This document shows positions 1 to 11,240 of a stretch of 64,000 nucleotides of DNA, one piece after another (position 1 is the stretch's first letter; each line of letters begins with the position of its first letter). Below the pieces are notes generated by a model. That model saw only the letters and a program-made list of their open reading frames with translations, was not told where the DNA came from and did no database searches. Both the position numbers and the translations under genes were made by a program. Origin of the DNA: Candidatus Faecivicinus sp. (lineage in GTDB: Bacteria > Bacillota > Clostridia > Christensenellales > Aristaeellaceae); contig JBJEUD010000085.1 in assembly GCA_051883655.1 (NCBI GenBank), positions 3,100-67,099 of the forward strand, given 5' to 3'.

Positions 1-167
1 TCATAGTACCGTGGTAAACCAATGTCAACTCCTGTCGTCAAATCTCAATTATTTTCCACGATTTGCGCACACTAACTCCCTATTAGGATGTTCAAACCTC
101 ACAGTCCGCTTTATCCATTTTTCTCTTTTGCCGAGCGCCTGCAGGGAGCGGAGGGATTTCTCCGCCC

Positions 168-434
168 CTACAAAAGCAGCTGCAGCGCGATGACCATGCC
201 CGCCCCCGGCAGGCCGAGAAATCCGACGGCCATCGCCGTGAAGGGATTGATCTCCACCGAGAAGCCCACCAGCGAACCGAACGCATTCACCAGCCCCAAC
301 GCCAGCGCGCCCATGACGCATCCCGCCACCAGGCGCCACATGAACCGCATCGGCACCAGCAGCAGATACCCGATCAGGCACAGCAGCGCGAGTCCCACTG
401 CAAAGGATGCCACCAACTCCCACGGAATTTGCAT
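168..434 (-). CDS. bofA: BofA-family small membrane protein (pro-sigma-K processing inhibitor-like)
   Basis: 88-aa hydrophobic ORF (MQIPWELVASFAVGLALLCLIGYLL...GLPGAGMVIALQLLL) with BofA-like size and layout. GGAGGTG lies 10 nt upstream of the ATG at 434; the longer track start at 491 has no SD. Confidence 0.6.
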   Translation of the reverse strand: MQIPWELVASFAVGLALLCLIGYLLLVPMRFMWRLVAGCVMGALALGLVNAFGSLVGFSVEINPFTAMAVGFLGLPGAGMVIALQLLL

Positions 435-487
435 AGAAAAAAACACCTCCGCACTCTCATCGTATGCGAAGGCGTTGGAAAAATATG

Positions 488-1507
488 TCAAAGGATCAGC
501 ATGGCGTCGCCGAAGGAGAAGAAGCGGTACTCCCGCCGAACTGCTTCCTCATAGGCGGCGATGATGTGCTCCCGGTCGTACAGCGCGGAAACCAGCATCA
601 TCAGCGTGGAGCCGGGCAGATGGAAATTCGTGATCAGCGCATCCACCATCTGGTACTGATAGCCAGGGCGGATGAAGATCTTCGTCTCGCCCCGCTTCGG
701 CATCAGCGCGCCGTTCTCGGCCGCAGACTCCAGCGTGCGCACGCTGGTGGTGCCCACGGCGATCACGCGGCCGCCGCGCTCCCGGGCGGCATTGATCCTC
801 CGGGCCGCCTCCTCCGTCACCTCGAAGTACTCGGAGTGCATCTCGTGCTCCTCCACATTCTCCACCTTGACCGGGCGGAACGTGCCCAGGCCCACGTGCA
901 GCAGCACGGGAACGACCTCGATCCCCTTTTCGCGAATGCGCTGGAGGAGCTCGGGCGTGAAGTGCAGGCCCGCAGTGGGCGCGGCAGCGGAGCCCTCCTG
1001 TTTGGCATAGACGGTCTGATAGCGCTCGCGATCCTGCAGCCGCTCATGGATGTACGGCGGCAGCGGCATCTCTCCCAGCGCGTCCAGCGTCTCCTCGAAA
1101 GAGCCCTCGCACTCGAAATCCACAATGCGGCCGCCCACATCGGTGGTCTCCACAATCCGGCCGCGAAGGCGTCCGCCGCCGAAGATCACCTCCGCGCCCG
1201 GCTTCAGCTTCTTGCCCGGCTTCACCAGCGTCTCCCAGCGCTTGGGGCCGAGCTGGCGCAGCAGCAGCACCTCGCACGCGCCGCCGGTGGGGCGCTCGCC
1301 GATCAGCCGCGCCGGGATGACACGGGTCTCGTTGATCACCAGCACGTCTCCGGGATTCAGATAATCGATCACATCGTAGAAGTGCCTGTGTTCGATTTCA
1401 TGGGTGTCGCGGTGCAGCACCATCAGCCGGCTGTGGTCGCGGGGCTCCACCGGCGTCTGCGCGATGCGCTCCTCGGGCAGATCATACATAAAATCAGATA
1501 GCTTCAT
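488..1507 (-). CDS. queA: S-adenosylmethionine:tRNA ribosyltransferase-isomerase
   Basis: [31 protein letters not shown]... is a typical QueA N-terminus and the length (339 aa) fits. AAGGAG SD lies upstream of the ATG at 1507. Confidence 0.93.
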   Translation of the reverse strand: MKLSDFMYDLPEERIAQTPVEPRDHSRLMVLHRDTHEIEHRHFYDVIDYLNPGDVLVINETRVIPARLIGERPTGGACEVLLLRQLGPKRWETLVKPGKKLKPGAEVIFGGGRLRGRIVETTDVGGRIVDFECEGSFEETLDALGEMPLPPYIHERLQDRERYQTVYAKQEGSAAAPTAGLHFTPELLQRIREKGIEVVPVLLHVGLGTFRPVKVENVEEHEMHSEYFEVTEEAARRINAARERGGRVIAVGTTSVRTLESAAENGALMPKRGETKIFIRPGYQYQMVDALITNFHLPGSTLMMLVSALYDREHIIAAYEEAVRREYRFFSFGDAMLIL

Positions 1508-1530
1508 GTGTACTCCTTCAATGAATAATG

Positions 1531-2133
1531 TCAAATCTCCGCAGGACAGTCCGGCGCCGCTTCCACGAAGTGCTTCTCATACCGCTCCCAGTAGCCCCGA
1601 TACACGCGATCCGTCCGGCCATCCAGGTTGATCTGGTACATGCGGAACGTCACCACGATGTCCTTGGGCATCCAGCGCTCCACATAGGAATAGCAATAGC
1701 GCAGGCCGCAGCGCCGCATTACCGCGCCGCTGCGGGGATTGTTCGCGTCGTGCGTGGCGGTCAGATAGGGCACGCCGTCTCTGCGCGCCTGATCGACCAC
1801 CGCCTGCGCGGCCTCGGAGACAATTCCCCGGTGCCAGAATTCCCTTCGCAGACCGTAGCCCAGATCGAAGGGCTCCGCGCCGTCCACGCCCACATAGCCG
1901 ATGGGAATGCCATCCTCCCGGAGACAGATGGCATACTGGCAGCCCTCCGGCTGCGCATAGCGGCTGCGGTAGAACGCCTCCGCCTCTGCCAGCGTCCTGA
2001 TGGGGAACCAGGGGAGAAAGCGGTTGACCGCCTCGTCGCGATGAATCTCCAGAATCGCGGGGATGTCCTCCGGCGCAAACGGTCGGAGGATCAGCCGCGG
2101 TGTCTCCAGCGTCTTCACGCTGAGCATGCCCAT
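1531..2133 (-). CDS. GNAT family N-acetyltransferase (RimJ/RimL-like)
   Basis: [25 protein letters not shown]...GYVGV...[13 protein letters not shown] matches the GNAT pattern. AAGGAGG SD lies 8 nt upstream of the ATG at 2133. Confidence 0.8.
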   Translation of the reverse strand: MGMLSVKTLETPRLILRPFAPEDIPAILEIHRDEAVNRFLPWFPIRTLAEAEAFYRSRYAQPEGCQYAICLREDGIPIGYVGVDGAEPFDLGYGLRREFWHRGIVSEAAQAVVDQARRDGVPYLTATHDANNPRSGAVMRRCGLRYCYSYVERWMPKDIVVTFRMYQINLDGRTDRVYRGYWERYEKHFVEAAPDCPAEI

Positions 2134-2146
2134 TGGAGCGCCTCCT

Positions 2147-2584
2147 TTACAGCTGTCGGCTGACGAAATGGAAAATCTCACCGGGACCGCTCAGGATGTG
2201 CGGCATCAGCTCCGTGGGATAGACGGCCTTGCCCGGCAGCGCTTCGAGCGGCACCCAGCAGAAGTCCAGGTCGACGCGCTCGTTCCGGAGATCATCATAG
2301 CCGTGGAACACGCCCTCCAGGGGAATCTGTTCCGGGCGCTTCAGCGACACCTGATAGTACAGCGCGATCTGATGGCAGGGAAGCCCGCCCCAGGGGAAAA
2401 AGATCTCCCCCACGGCCAGAAGAGGGCCCACCCCCACGTCCGCATGCAGTTCCTCGCGGAACTCGCGCGCCAGCGTCTGTTTGGTGGACTCCATGGCAGC
2501 AACATGGCCGCCGATGATGGCATAGTCATCATCGGCGGGCTTTTGCAGCAAAATCCTGCCCTCGTGAATCAGAATTCCGCCCAC
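2147..2584 (-). CDS. NUDIX hydrolase; annotated start is a GTG and the N-terminus is probably displaced by a frame break (see finding)
   Basis: Nudix-box-like segment GGHVAAMESTKQTLAREFREELHADV. The frame stays open upstream of GTG 2584 but has no start codon there. An ATG at 2634, 2 nt after the ruvB stop, is in another frame. Confidence 0.75.
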   Translation of the reverse strand: MGGILIHEGRILLQKPADDDYAIIGGHVAAMESTKQTLAREFREELHADVGVGPLLAVGEIFFPWGGLPCHQIALYYQVSLKRPEQIPLEGVFHGYDDLRNERVDLDFCWVPLEALPGKAVYPTELMPHILSGPGEIFHFVSRQL

Positions 2585-2636
2585 GCGATAGAAAAAATCC
2601 AGCCGTCCTGCCTGAACAGGATATCCTTTTCCATGC

Positions 2637-3680
<1,044 letters not shown>

Positions 3681-3710
3681 GGCTTCTCCCTCTCTTTCCT
3701 TTCGTCAAAA

Positions 3711-5270
3711 TCAGCGGCGGCGCAGGCTCTTCACCAGATTCATCAGCGGCTGCACCCGAAGCGCGATGCAGCACAGCGCATACACGATCAGCGCCGCGCC
3801 CGCGCAGACCGCCAGCCGCAGGAACACCCGGCCGGTGCCCACCACATCGGGCACGAGGGCATTCATGCCAATGCAGACAAGGGCGCAGACGGCCGTTGCC
3901 GCAACAATCTTCACAAGCTCCTTCAGCACGCGCCTGAAGCCAATGTGGCCAAAGCGCTTTCTCAGCAGCGCGATCATCGCCGCGGTGCCCACATAGCCCG
4001 CGATGGACGTGGCCAGCGCAAGGCCGTTGGCGCCCATCAGCTGCCGCAGGATGAGATTGAGCACGATGTTCGTTGCCACCACCACGCACGACACGCGAAA
4101 CGGCGTCTTTGTGTCCTTCAGCGCGTGGAACATGCGGCTCAGGAAGTCGCGCATGCCGAACGCGGGAATGCCCACCAGATAGAAGATCAGCAGTCCGGCG
4201 GTCACCTGCACGTCCTCCAGCGTAAACCTGCCGCGCATGTAAGCGAACTTGATCACGTCCTTCGACAGCACGACGCCGATCACCACCACCGGCAGCACCA
4301 CCACGGACAGCTGCATCAGGCTGTCCAGCAGCATCCGCAGCGCGCCGCGCTCGTCGTGGTCGGCCACGTGCTTGCTCATCTTGGAGAACATGATCGTGGT
4401 CAGCGGAACGATCAGGATGCCCTGCAGGAACGTGATCAGGCGGTAGGACGAGGTCATCGCAGTCAGCGTGCCCTCCGCCAGCCCGGAAGCCAGCGCATGG
4501 TCGATCATGTGGTTCAGCTCGCTGATGCCCATGGAGAACATCGCCGGCAGCGCCAGCACCATCAGCCGGTGGAAGCGCTTGTCCTTGAAGTCCAGCACCG
4601 GCGAATAGTGGAACCAGCCGCGCATGAACGGAATCAGCACCACCAGCTGCAGCACATTCGCCGCAAACACGCCCCAGGCCACCGCCTCGATGCCATAGCT
4701 TTCCGAAAAGAGCACCGACGCTGTAATCACGCAGATGCTCAGCGGAAATCCGGTCAGCTGCGCGGCGATATAGCGCTCCATGGCATTGAGCAGGCTGGCC
4801 ACCGAGATGGAGGTGACGTTGAACACCAGCGCCAGCAGCATAATCCGGGTCAGGCGCGCCGTCAGCGCCGCCTTCTCCGCCTCGAAGCCGCTGTACACCA
4901 GATGCACCAGCGGCCCTGCCAGCACGTACATCACCGCCGAAACCACCAGCGCCGCCAGCGCGAACAGGTTGATGGAATTGCTGGCGAAGTGGTTGGAGTG
5001 CGCCAGACTGTTCTGCTCCCGCTCCTCCACATACAGCGGAATCAGCGTCGCCGAGATGCAGGAATTGAACAGCAGCACCGGCAGATAGAACAGGCTGTAC
5101 GCCGATACGTATGCGTCGTTTGCATAGGTCAGCCCGAAGTAGGCCGTGGTCACCATGTCGCGGGCAAAGCCCACCGCCTTGCTGAGGATGATCACCAGCG
5201 TTACCAGCATTGTGCTGTGAAAAATTTTCTCCTTGCGTGCCAAATGAAAAGCCTCCGATCCATATTCCAT
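3711..5270 (-). CDS. murJ: Lipid II flippase MurJ/MviN family
   Basis: Polytopic membrane protein of about 520 aa with the MurJ N-terminal signature LSKAVGFARDMVTTAYFG. Start chosen at MEYGSE (5270); an upstream ATG at 5306 or 5402 is possible. Confidence 0.85.
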   Translation of the reverse strand: MEYGSEAFHLARKEKIFHSTMLVTLVIILSKAVGFARDMVTTAYFGLTYANDAYVSAYSLFYLPVLLFNSCISATLIPLYVEEREQNSLAHSNHFASNSINLFALAALVVSAVMYVLAGPLVHLVYSGFEAEKAALTARLTRIMLLALVFNVTSISVASLLNAMERYIAAQLTGFPLSICVITASVLFSESYGIEAVAWGVFAANVLQLVVLIPFMRGWFHYSPVLDFKDKRFHRLMVLALPAMFSMGISELNHMIDHALASGLAEGTLTAMTSSYRLITFLQGILIVPLTTIMFSKMSKHVADHDERGALRMLLDSLMQLSVVVLPVVVIGVVLSKDVIKFAYMRGRFTLEDVQVTAGLLIFYLVGIPAFGMRDFLSRMFHALKDTKTPFRVSCVVVATNIVLNLILRQLMGANGLALATSIAGYVGTAAMIALLRKRFGHIGFRRVLKELVKIVAATAVCALVCIGMNALVPDVVGTGRVFLRLAVCAGAALIVYALCCIALRVQPLMNLVKSLRRR

Positions 5271-5403
5271 TTCAGTATACCATGGCAGGGTTAAAAACAA
5301 TATCATTTTCGCAGGGAAAAATGCATTTGACCCTGCCACAGGCCTGTGATATAATGCTTTCGTACGGCGCTTGCGCCAATTTACGCAGGATGGAAGGTTC
5401 AAT

Positions 5404-6159
5404 ATGAATCAGGAAGAGTCTGAAAAGGTTTTATATTGTGCGATGTCCATCGGCGAACAGCTGCTGATGAGCGGCGCGGAGGTCAGCCGCGTGGAGGACA
5501 CCATCCGCCGCATCTGCATGGCCTACGGCGCGACGCGGGTGGACGTATTTTCCATCACCTCCAGCATTGTCACCACCATGTTCCTTCCCGAACTCAAAAG
5601 CTGCACGCAGTCGCGCCGCGTCTCGTCCATGAAAAACGATTTCACCAAGCTCGACGCGCTGAACCAGCTCTCCCGATGGATCTGCACGGAGCTGCCCCAG
5701 CCGCAGGTCATTCTCGACAGACTGGACGGGATTCAGCGCGGCCCATCCTATGGCTTCGTCGTGCAGTTCCTGGTCTATGCGACGATCTCCGGCTCCTTCG
5801 CCGTGTTCTTCGGCGGCGACTGGCGCGATATGCTGGCGTCCGCCGTCATCGGCATCCTGCTGAAGTGTTTTGAATCGTTCGTCCGCAGGGGTTCGGTCAA
5901 CGCGCTCTTCTCCGCGCTGCTCTGCTCCAGCGCCGGCGGCCTGCTGGCGCACCTCGCGGTCCGGCTTCACCTGGGCACGCACGCGGATCTGATCAGCATC
6001 GGCAACATCATGCTGTTCATTCCCGGCATCATGTTCACCAATTCGCTGCGCGATCTGTTTTCCGGCGACACCATCACCGGCCTGATCCGGTTTGCAGAAT
6101 CGCTGCTGCTGGCCGTCATCGTTGCGCTGGGCTTCACCATTGCCGGATTTTTGTTCTAA
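5404..6159 (+). CDS. Threonine/serine exporter family protein, ThrE N-terminal-type (DUF1212)
   Basis: LYCAMSIGEQLLMSGAEVSRVEDTIRRICMAYGA is the characteristic DUF1212/ThrE opening, followed by TM helices. Confidence 0.8.
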   Translation: MNQEESEKVLYCAMSIGEQLLMSGAEVSRVEDTIRRICMAYGATRVDVFSITSSIVTTMFLPELKSCTQSRRVSSMKNDFTKLDALNQLSRWICTELPQPQVILDRLDGIQRGPSYGFVVQFLVYATISGSFAVFFGGDWRDMLASAVIGILLKCFESFVRRGSVNALFSALLCSSAGGLLAHLAVRLHLGTHADLISIGNIMLFIPGIMFTNSLRDLFSGDTITGLIRFAESLLLAVIVALGFTIAGFLF

Positions 6160-6175
6160 AAGGAGGCTGGCGGCC

Positions 6176-6622
6176 ATGAATCCTCTCATCCAACTGCCCG
6201 CAGCGCTGCTGGGCTCGCTGGGCTTCGGCGCGCTGTTCAACCTTCACGGCCGAAAGCTGGCCTTTGCCGCCCTGGGCGGACTGCTGTCCTGGAGCATCTA
6301 CCTGCTCGTCGAGCGCTTTTCGGACATCCCCTATCTCTGCGCCTTCATCGCCTCCGTATCGCTGACGCTCTATGCGGAGGCCATGGCCCGCATCCACAAG
6401 ACGCCGGTCACCGTCTTTCTGGTCACCGCCGCCATCCCGCTGATTCCCGGCGCGGGCCTGTACCGCTCCGCCAGCGCGCTCATGCTCAAGCAGATGGACA
6501 CCTTTGCCGACCAGGGCCTCTATACGCTGCTGTTCGCCGCCAGCATGTCCGCCGGCGTCACGCTGACCACGCTGCTGTTCCAGCTCGCACTCACCGGCAT
6601 GCGCCGCGGCAAATTCTCCTGA
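6176..6622 (+). CDS. Threonine/serine exporter family protein, C-terminal-type (DUF3815)
   Basis: 148-aa protein with 4-5 TM helices immediately after the DUF1212 gene, which is the usual split-ThrE pair arrangement. Confidence 0.7.
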   Translation: MNPLIQLPAALLGSLGFGALFNLHGRKLAFAALGGLLSWSIYLLVERFSDIPYLCAFIASVSLTLYAEAMARIHKTPVTVFLVTAAIPLIPGAGLYRSASALMLKQMDTFADQGLYTLLFAASMSAGVTLTTLLFQLALTGMRRGKFS

Positions 6623-6669
6623 GCGGCGCGCCATCGGCGTTGGCATGGCGTTAATTTCACGCTTCACTC

Positions 6670-6698
6670 TTGCAAAGTGCGAAAGCTACCATTATAAT
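6670..6698 (+). promoter_or_regulatory. Sigma-A-like promoter for the serC operon
   Basis: TTGCAA (6670-6675), 17-nt spacer, TATAAT (6693-6698), about 40 nt upstream of the serC start. Confidence 0.6.
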
Positions 6699-6738
6699 AG
6701 AATGAAACCATTGTTTGCTCCTTAAGGAGGGAAAACCC

Positions 6739-7818
6739 ATGAATCGCATCTACAACTTCGCCGCCGGCCCCTCGACCATGCCCCAGGAGGCGCTGGAGAC
6801 CGCCGCGCGCGAGATGCTGTGCTACGGCAATACCGGCATGTCCGTGATGGAGATGAGCCATCGCTCGGGCATGTATCTGGAGATCTTCAATGAAACCGAG
6901 GCCCTGGTCCGCGAGCTGATGCACATCCCCGAGGACTACGCCGTGCTGTTCCTGCAGGGCGGCGCCACCGGCCAGTTCGCCGCCATCCCGCTGAACCTGC
7001 TCTCGTCCGGCGCGGACTACATCGACAGCGGCAACTTCGCCCACGGCGCGCTCGTCGAGGCGCAGAAGTACGGCCCGGTGCGCTGCGTGGCCTCCTCCCG
7101 CGAGGAAAACTACGTGCGCATCCCGAAGTGGAACGCCGCCGACTTCAACCCCGCCGCCGATTATCTTTACATCACCACCAACAACACCATCTTCGGCACC
7201 CGCTATGCCGAGCTGCCCGAGACCGGCAGCGTGCCGCTGGTGGCCGACATGTCCTCCAACATCCTCTCCGAGGTCTGCGACGTGCGCCGCTTCGGCGTGA
7301 TCTATGCGGGCGCGCAGAAGAACATCGGTCCCGCCGGCCTGACGCTGGTGATCGTGCGCAAAGATCTGCTGGGCCGCGCCCGGAAGGACTGCCCGAAGGT
7401 CATGAACTGGTCGCTGATGGCGGACAACGGCTCCATGCTGAACACCCCGCCGACCTACGCCATCTACATGGCCGGCCTGTGCCTGAAGTGGCTGAAGAAG
7501 CAGGGCGGCGTCGAGGGCATCGAGCCGGTGAACATCGAAAAGGCGTCGATCCTCTACAATCTGCTGGACGACAGCGCCTTCTATCGCCCCACAGCCGAGC
7601 CCGCCTCCCGCAGCCGCATGAACGTGACCTTCACCACCCCCAGCGCCGAGCTGGACGCGAAGTTCGTGAAGGAAGCCGCCGCTGCCGGACTGGTCAACCT
7701 GAAGGGCCACCGCCTGGTGGGCGGCATCCGCGCCAGCATCTACAACGCCATGCCCATCGAGGGTGTGCGCGCGCTGGCGGAGTTCATGAAAAAATTCGAA
7801 ATGGAGAACGCGCAATGA
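6739..7818 (+). CDS. serC: Phosphoserine aminotransferase
   Basis: MNRIYNFAAGPSTMPQEALE..., GGATGQFAAIPLNL and AGAQKNIGPAGLTLVIVR match SerC throughout. GGAGGG SD. Confidence 0.95.
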   Translation: MNRIYNFAAGPSTMPQEALETAAREMLCYGNTGMSVMEMSHRSGMYLEIFNETEALVRELMHIPEDYAVLFLQGGATGQFAAIPLNLLSSGADYIDSGNFAHGALVEAQKYGPVRCVASSREENYVRIPKWNAADFNPAADYLYITTNNTIFGTRYAELPETGSVPLVADMSSNILSEVCDVRRFGVIYAGAQKNIGPAGLTLVIVRKDLLGRARKDCPKVMNWSLMADNGSMLNTPPTYAIYMAGLCLKWLKKQGGVEGIEPVNIEKASILYNLLDDSAFYRPTAEPASRSRMNVTFTTPSAELDAKFVKEAAAAGLVNLKGHRLVGGIRASIYNAMPIEGVRALAEFMKKFEMENAQ

Positions 7819-8984
7819 AATACAATGTTCAGACGCTGAATTCCATCTCCCCCGTCTACCACGGGACGCTGAAGGATGCGGAATACCTCGTCGGATCGAA
7901 CGTGACCAATCCGGACGCCATCCTCGTCCGCAGCGCGGACATGCACGACTATGCCATCGGCGAAAACCTGCTGTGCGTGGGCCGCGCGGGCGCGGGCGTG
8001 AACAACATCCCGCTGGACCGCATGGCCGAGGCCGGCGTGGTGGTCTTCAACTCCCCCGGCGCCAATGCCAACGCCGTGAAAGAACTGGTGGTGGCCGGCC
8101 TGCTGCTGGCTTCCCGCAGGATCACCGACGGCGTGGAGTGGTGCAAGACCCTGAGCGACGAGCCGGAGCTTGAAAAGCTGGTGGAAAAGGGCAAGAGCCA
8201 GTTCGTCGGCCCTGAGCTGGCCGGCAAGACGCTGGGCGTGGTGGGCCTGGGCGCCATCGGCGTGCTGGTGGCCAACATGGGTGTCGCGCTGGGCATGGAC
8301 GTGCTGGGCTATGACCCGTACATCTCCGTGGATCACGCCTGGAAGCTCTCCCGCTCCGTGGCCCACGTCACCGAGCTAAGCGAAATTCTCGGGCGCAGCG
8401 ACTACGTCACCCTGCATGTACCCCTGACGGACTCCACCCGCGACATGGTCGACGCCACCGTGCTCAGCCGCATGAAGCCGGGCGCGGCGCTGCTGAACTT
8501 CTCCCGCGGCGGACTGGTGAACACCGCCGCCGTGGTGGACGCGCTGGAGCATGGCCGCCTGCGCACCTACGTCACCGACTTTCCCTGCCGCGAGCTCATC
8601 GGCGTGAAGAACGCCGTGCTCACGCCCCATCTGGGCGCGTCCACGCCCGAGAGCGAGGACAACTGCGTGCGCATGGTCGCCCGGCAGATCGACGATTATC
8701 TGAAGAACGGCTCCATCGTCAACGCCTGCAACTATCCCAACTGCCCGCTGGGCCCGGTGACCATCCCCCGCATCGCGATTTTGCACAAGAATGTGCCCAA
8801 CGTCATCGGCTCCATCACCCAGCACCTGTCCGCCGAGGGTCTGAACATCGAAAACATGGTCAACCAGTCCCGCGGCGCGCTGGCCTATACCGTCGTGGAC
8901 GTGAGCGCCCGCCCCACCGACGCGCTGATCGACAAGCTGCGCGGCCTGGATACCAGCTATCGCGTCCGCCTGCTGCTGCCCTGA
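7815..8984 (+). CDS. serA: D-3-phosphoglycerate dehydrogenase with C-terminal ACT-like domain
   Basis: 2-hydroxyacid dehydrogenase pattern (GKTLGVVGLGAIGVLVA; HVPLTDSTRDM; TPHLGASTPE) plus an ACT-like tail. The ATG overlaps the serC stop (ATGA). The track ORF from 7128 is an out-of-frame-context extension. Confidence 0.9.
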   Translation: MKYNVQTLNSISPVYHGTLKDAEYLVGSNVTNPDAILVRSADMHDYAIGENLLCVGRAGAGVNNIPLDRMAEAGVVVFNSPGANANAVKELVVAGLLLASRRITDGVEWCKTLSDEPELEKLVEKGKSQFVGPELAGKTLGVVGLGAIGVLVANMGVALGMDVLGYDPYISVDHAWKLSRSVAHVTELSEILGRSDYVTLHVPLTDSTRDMVDATVLSRMKPGAALLNFSRGGLVNTAAVVDALEHGRLRTYVTDFPCRELIGVKNAVLTPHLGASTPESEDNCVRMVARQIDDYLKNGSIVNACNYPNCPLGPVTIPRIAILHKNVPNVIGSITQHLSAEGLNIENMVNQSRGALAYTVVDVSARPTDALIDKLRGLDTSYRVRLLLP

Positions 8985-9011
8985 TTTCATCCCTTACGGA
9001 GGCCGCCTCTC

Positions 9012-10232
9012 ATGAATACCGCACTGAAGAAGGCCCGCATCCTGCTGCCGGCCGCGAATGTTGAAAACGAAAAGTGGGCCGTGGTCGCCTGCGATCAGTT
9101 CACCGCCCAGCCCGAATACTGGGCTCAGGCCGACGCGCTGGTCGGCGACGCGCCCTCCACGCTGCGGCTGACGCTGCCGGAGGTCTATCTGAGCGAGCGC
9201 GAGTCCCGCACCCCCGCCATCCACGCCGCCATGCGGGACTATCTCGATCGCGGCGCGCTGACCGAGGCGGTGAACGGCTTTCTGCTGGTCGAGCGCATCA
9301 CGCCCTCCGGCGTGCGCCCCGGCCTGATGGTCGCCCTCGACCTGAACTGCTACGACTATGCCGCCGGCTCGACCTCCCTCATCCGCGCCACGGAGGGCAC
9401 CGTTCCCTCCCGCGTGCCGCCCCGGGCGAAAATCCGCGCGGGCGCGCCGCTGGAGCTGCCCCATGTGATGATGCTGATCGACGATCCCGGCAAGACCGTG
9501 ATCGAGCCATTGTACGCCCGGCGCGGAGCGCTGCGCCCGCTGTATGATTTCGAACTGATGCTGGGCGGCGGTCATCTGCGCGGCTGGGCCGTGGAAAATG
9601 AGGATGCCGATGGGGTTTTCTCCGCCGTCGAAGGGCTCGCAGAGCGCTGCGATGGCCTGCTCTATGCCGTCGGCGACGGCAACCACTCCCTCGCCGCCGC
9701 GAAGCAGTGCTGGATGCAGCTGCGGGAGCAGCTGAGCGAGGCCGAGCGCGAGTCCCATCCCGCGCGCTATGCGCTGGTCGAGCTGGTCAATCTGAACTGT
9801 CCGGCGCTGGTGTTTGAGCCGATTCACCGCGTGCTGTTCAACGTGGACTCCGAAGATCTGCTTCAAAAGCTCCGCGCCTGTTTGAATGAAAACGGTGTGT
9901 CGGAAGGCGAGGGCGGCGACCTGATCGTCTTCGACCGGGAGCGCGAGCTTTCCTTCCGGATGGCCCAGCACCCGCTGCCGGTTCTTCAGCCCTTCCTGGA
10001 CGGCTATCTCGCCGAACATCCTGAGGTTGAGATCGACTACATCCACGGCGACGCCGCGCTGCGCGAGCTGGTCGCCAACCATCCCCGCTCCATGGGCTTC
10101 ATGCCCCGCGCCTTCGACAAGGCCGAGCTCTTCGGCGCCATCCGCCGCTGGGGCGCACTGCCGCGCAAGACCTTCTCCATGGGCGAAGCCACCGAAAAGC
10201 GCTATTACATGGAGGCGCGAAAAATCCTGTAA
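9012..10232 (+). CDS. DUF1015 domain-containing protein
   Basis: 406-aa ORF. Motifs as I recall for DUF1015: WAVVACDQFTAQPEYW, HVMMLIDDP, VGDGNHSLAAAK. Same strand as serA and 27 nt after it; GGAGG SD. Confidence 0.6.
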   Translation: MNTALKKARILLPAANVENEKWAVVACDQFTAQPEYWAQADALVGDAPSTLRLTLPEVYLSERESRTPAIHAAMRDYLDRGALTEAVNGFLLVERITPSGVRPGLMVALDLNCYDYAAGSTSLIRATEGTVPSRVPPRAKIRAGAPLELPHVMMLIDDPGKTVIEPLYARRGALRPLYDFELMLGGGHLRGWAVENEDADGVFSAVEGLAERCDGLLYAVGDGNHSLAAAKQCWMQLREQLSEAERESHPARYALVELVNLNCPALVFEPIHRVLFNVDSEDLLQKLRACLNENGVSEGEGGDLIVFDRERELSFRMAQHPLPVLQPFLDGYLAEHPEVEIDYIHGDAALRELVANHPRSMGFMPRAFDKAELFGAIRRWGALPRKTFSMGEATEKRYYMEARKIL

Positions 10233-10236
10233 AGCA

Positions 10237-10275
10237 AACGATCCTCCCCGGTGCTCCCGGGAAGGATCGTTTTTC
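10237..10275. terminator. Bidirectional hairpin terminator between convergent DUF1015 and EamA genes
   Basis: aaacgatcctccccgg / ccgggaaggatcgttt stem followed by TTTTT on the plus strand. Confidence 0.7.
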
Positions 10276-11159
10276 TATTCCTGTCTGGCCAGCAGAAACA
10301 CCGTGGCCATGATGCACGCAAATCCGATCAGATCGATCCACTGAAACTCGGTGCCCAGCCAAAGCACGGAGAACAGCGTGGCCGAGACCGGCTCCACGCT
10401 GGCCAGCATGCTCGCGCGCACCGCGCCGATGTCGGCCACGCCCTGCAAATACAGCGTATAGCCCAGCACCGTGCCCATCACGACCACGCCGCCCACCGCC
10501 AGCCATCCGCCCACGTCCAGCGTCACGGGAATCGTCCACACCCGGATCGCGCTGCCGAACACCACGCCGCCCAGCAGCATCGCCCAGCCGGTGACGATCG
10601 TGCTGCCCCACCGGGGAATGATCCGCGCCGGAAGCAGCGTGTACAGCGCCAGGCTCACCGCCGACAGCAGCCCCCAGACCAGCCCTTCGCCCGAGAGCAC
10701 CATGGTGCGCGGATTGCCGTGGGTTGCCAGCAGATAGGTGCCGCCCACCGCCAGCACAATGGCCGCAGATTCCCGCCCGTCGGGCAGCCTGCGCAGCTTC
10801 AGGCACATCAGCGCCATGATCAGCACCGGGCCCAGGTATTGCAGCACCGTCGCCGTGCCTGCGTTGGTGTAGACAATCGAGGTCAGATAGGCATACTGGC
10901 TGAACACCAGTCCCGCCAGCGCAAACACGACGAGCTGGAGCGCATCCCTGCCGCTCTTCAGAATGTCCGCCGCGCGCCTGCCCGAGCGCGCCAGATTCAC
11001 TGCCGTCAGCAGCACACCCGCCGTCGTCATGCGCACCACCGTCAGCCAGGCGGAGTCCACCTGTCCATGGGAAAACAGATACTGTCCGCACGCGCCGGAA
11101 AAGCCCCAGAGGGCGCCGCCCGACAGCGTGCAGAGAATCCCCCTCGTGTTTTTGTTCAT
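10275..11159 (-). CDS. EamA/DMT family transporter
   Basis: 294-aa protein with 10 predicted TM helices and a duplicated EamA-type layout (ILCTLSGGALWGFSGACGQYLF...). Confidence 0.8.
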   Translation of the reverse strand: MNKNTRGILCTLSGGALWGFSGACGQYLFSHGQVDSAWLTVVRMTTAGVLLTAVNLARSGRRAADILKSGRDALQLVVFALAGLVFSQYAYLTSIVYTNAGTATVLQYLGPVLIMALMCLKLRRLPDGRESAAIVLAVGGTYLLATHGNPRTMVLSGEGLVWGLLSAVSLALYTLLPARIIPRWGSTIVTGWAMLLGGVVFGSAIRVWTIPVTLDVGGWLAVGGVVVMGTVLGYTLYLQGVADIGAVRASMLASVEPVSATLFSVLWLGTEFQWIDLIGFACIMATVFLLARQE

Positions 11160-11240
11160 CGTCTCATTCTTTCGCTTCTGAGATTCTTTGCCGCAGCGCG
11201 GAGGGCCCCATCGCCGGTTCCATCCGCGCTGTTTTTTTCG

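Noticed and set aside
141-164. GCGGAG-ggattt-CTCCGC hairpin just downstream of bofA.
   Set aside because: There is no U-tract on either strand and the stem is short, so support for a terminator is insufficient.
7128-7814. N-terminal 229-codon extension of the serA ORF.
   Set aside because: It overlaps serC in another frame. The recognisable SerA sequence begins at MKYNVQTLNS (ATG 7815), which overlaps the serC stop.
11194-11238. Hairpin cagcgcgga...tccgcgctg followed by T7 between proA and the EamA gene.
   Set aside because: The U-tract is on the plus strand while both flanking genes are on the minus strand, and the loop is 20 nt. I cannot call it a functional terminator for either gene. 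It may merely dampen antisense transcription.
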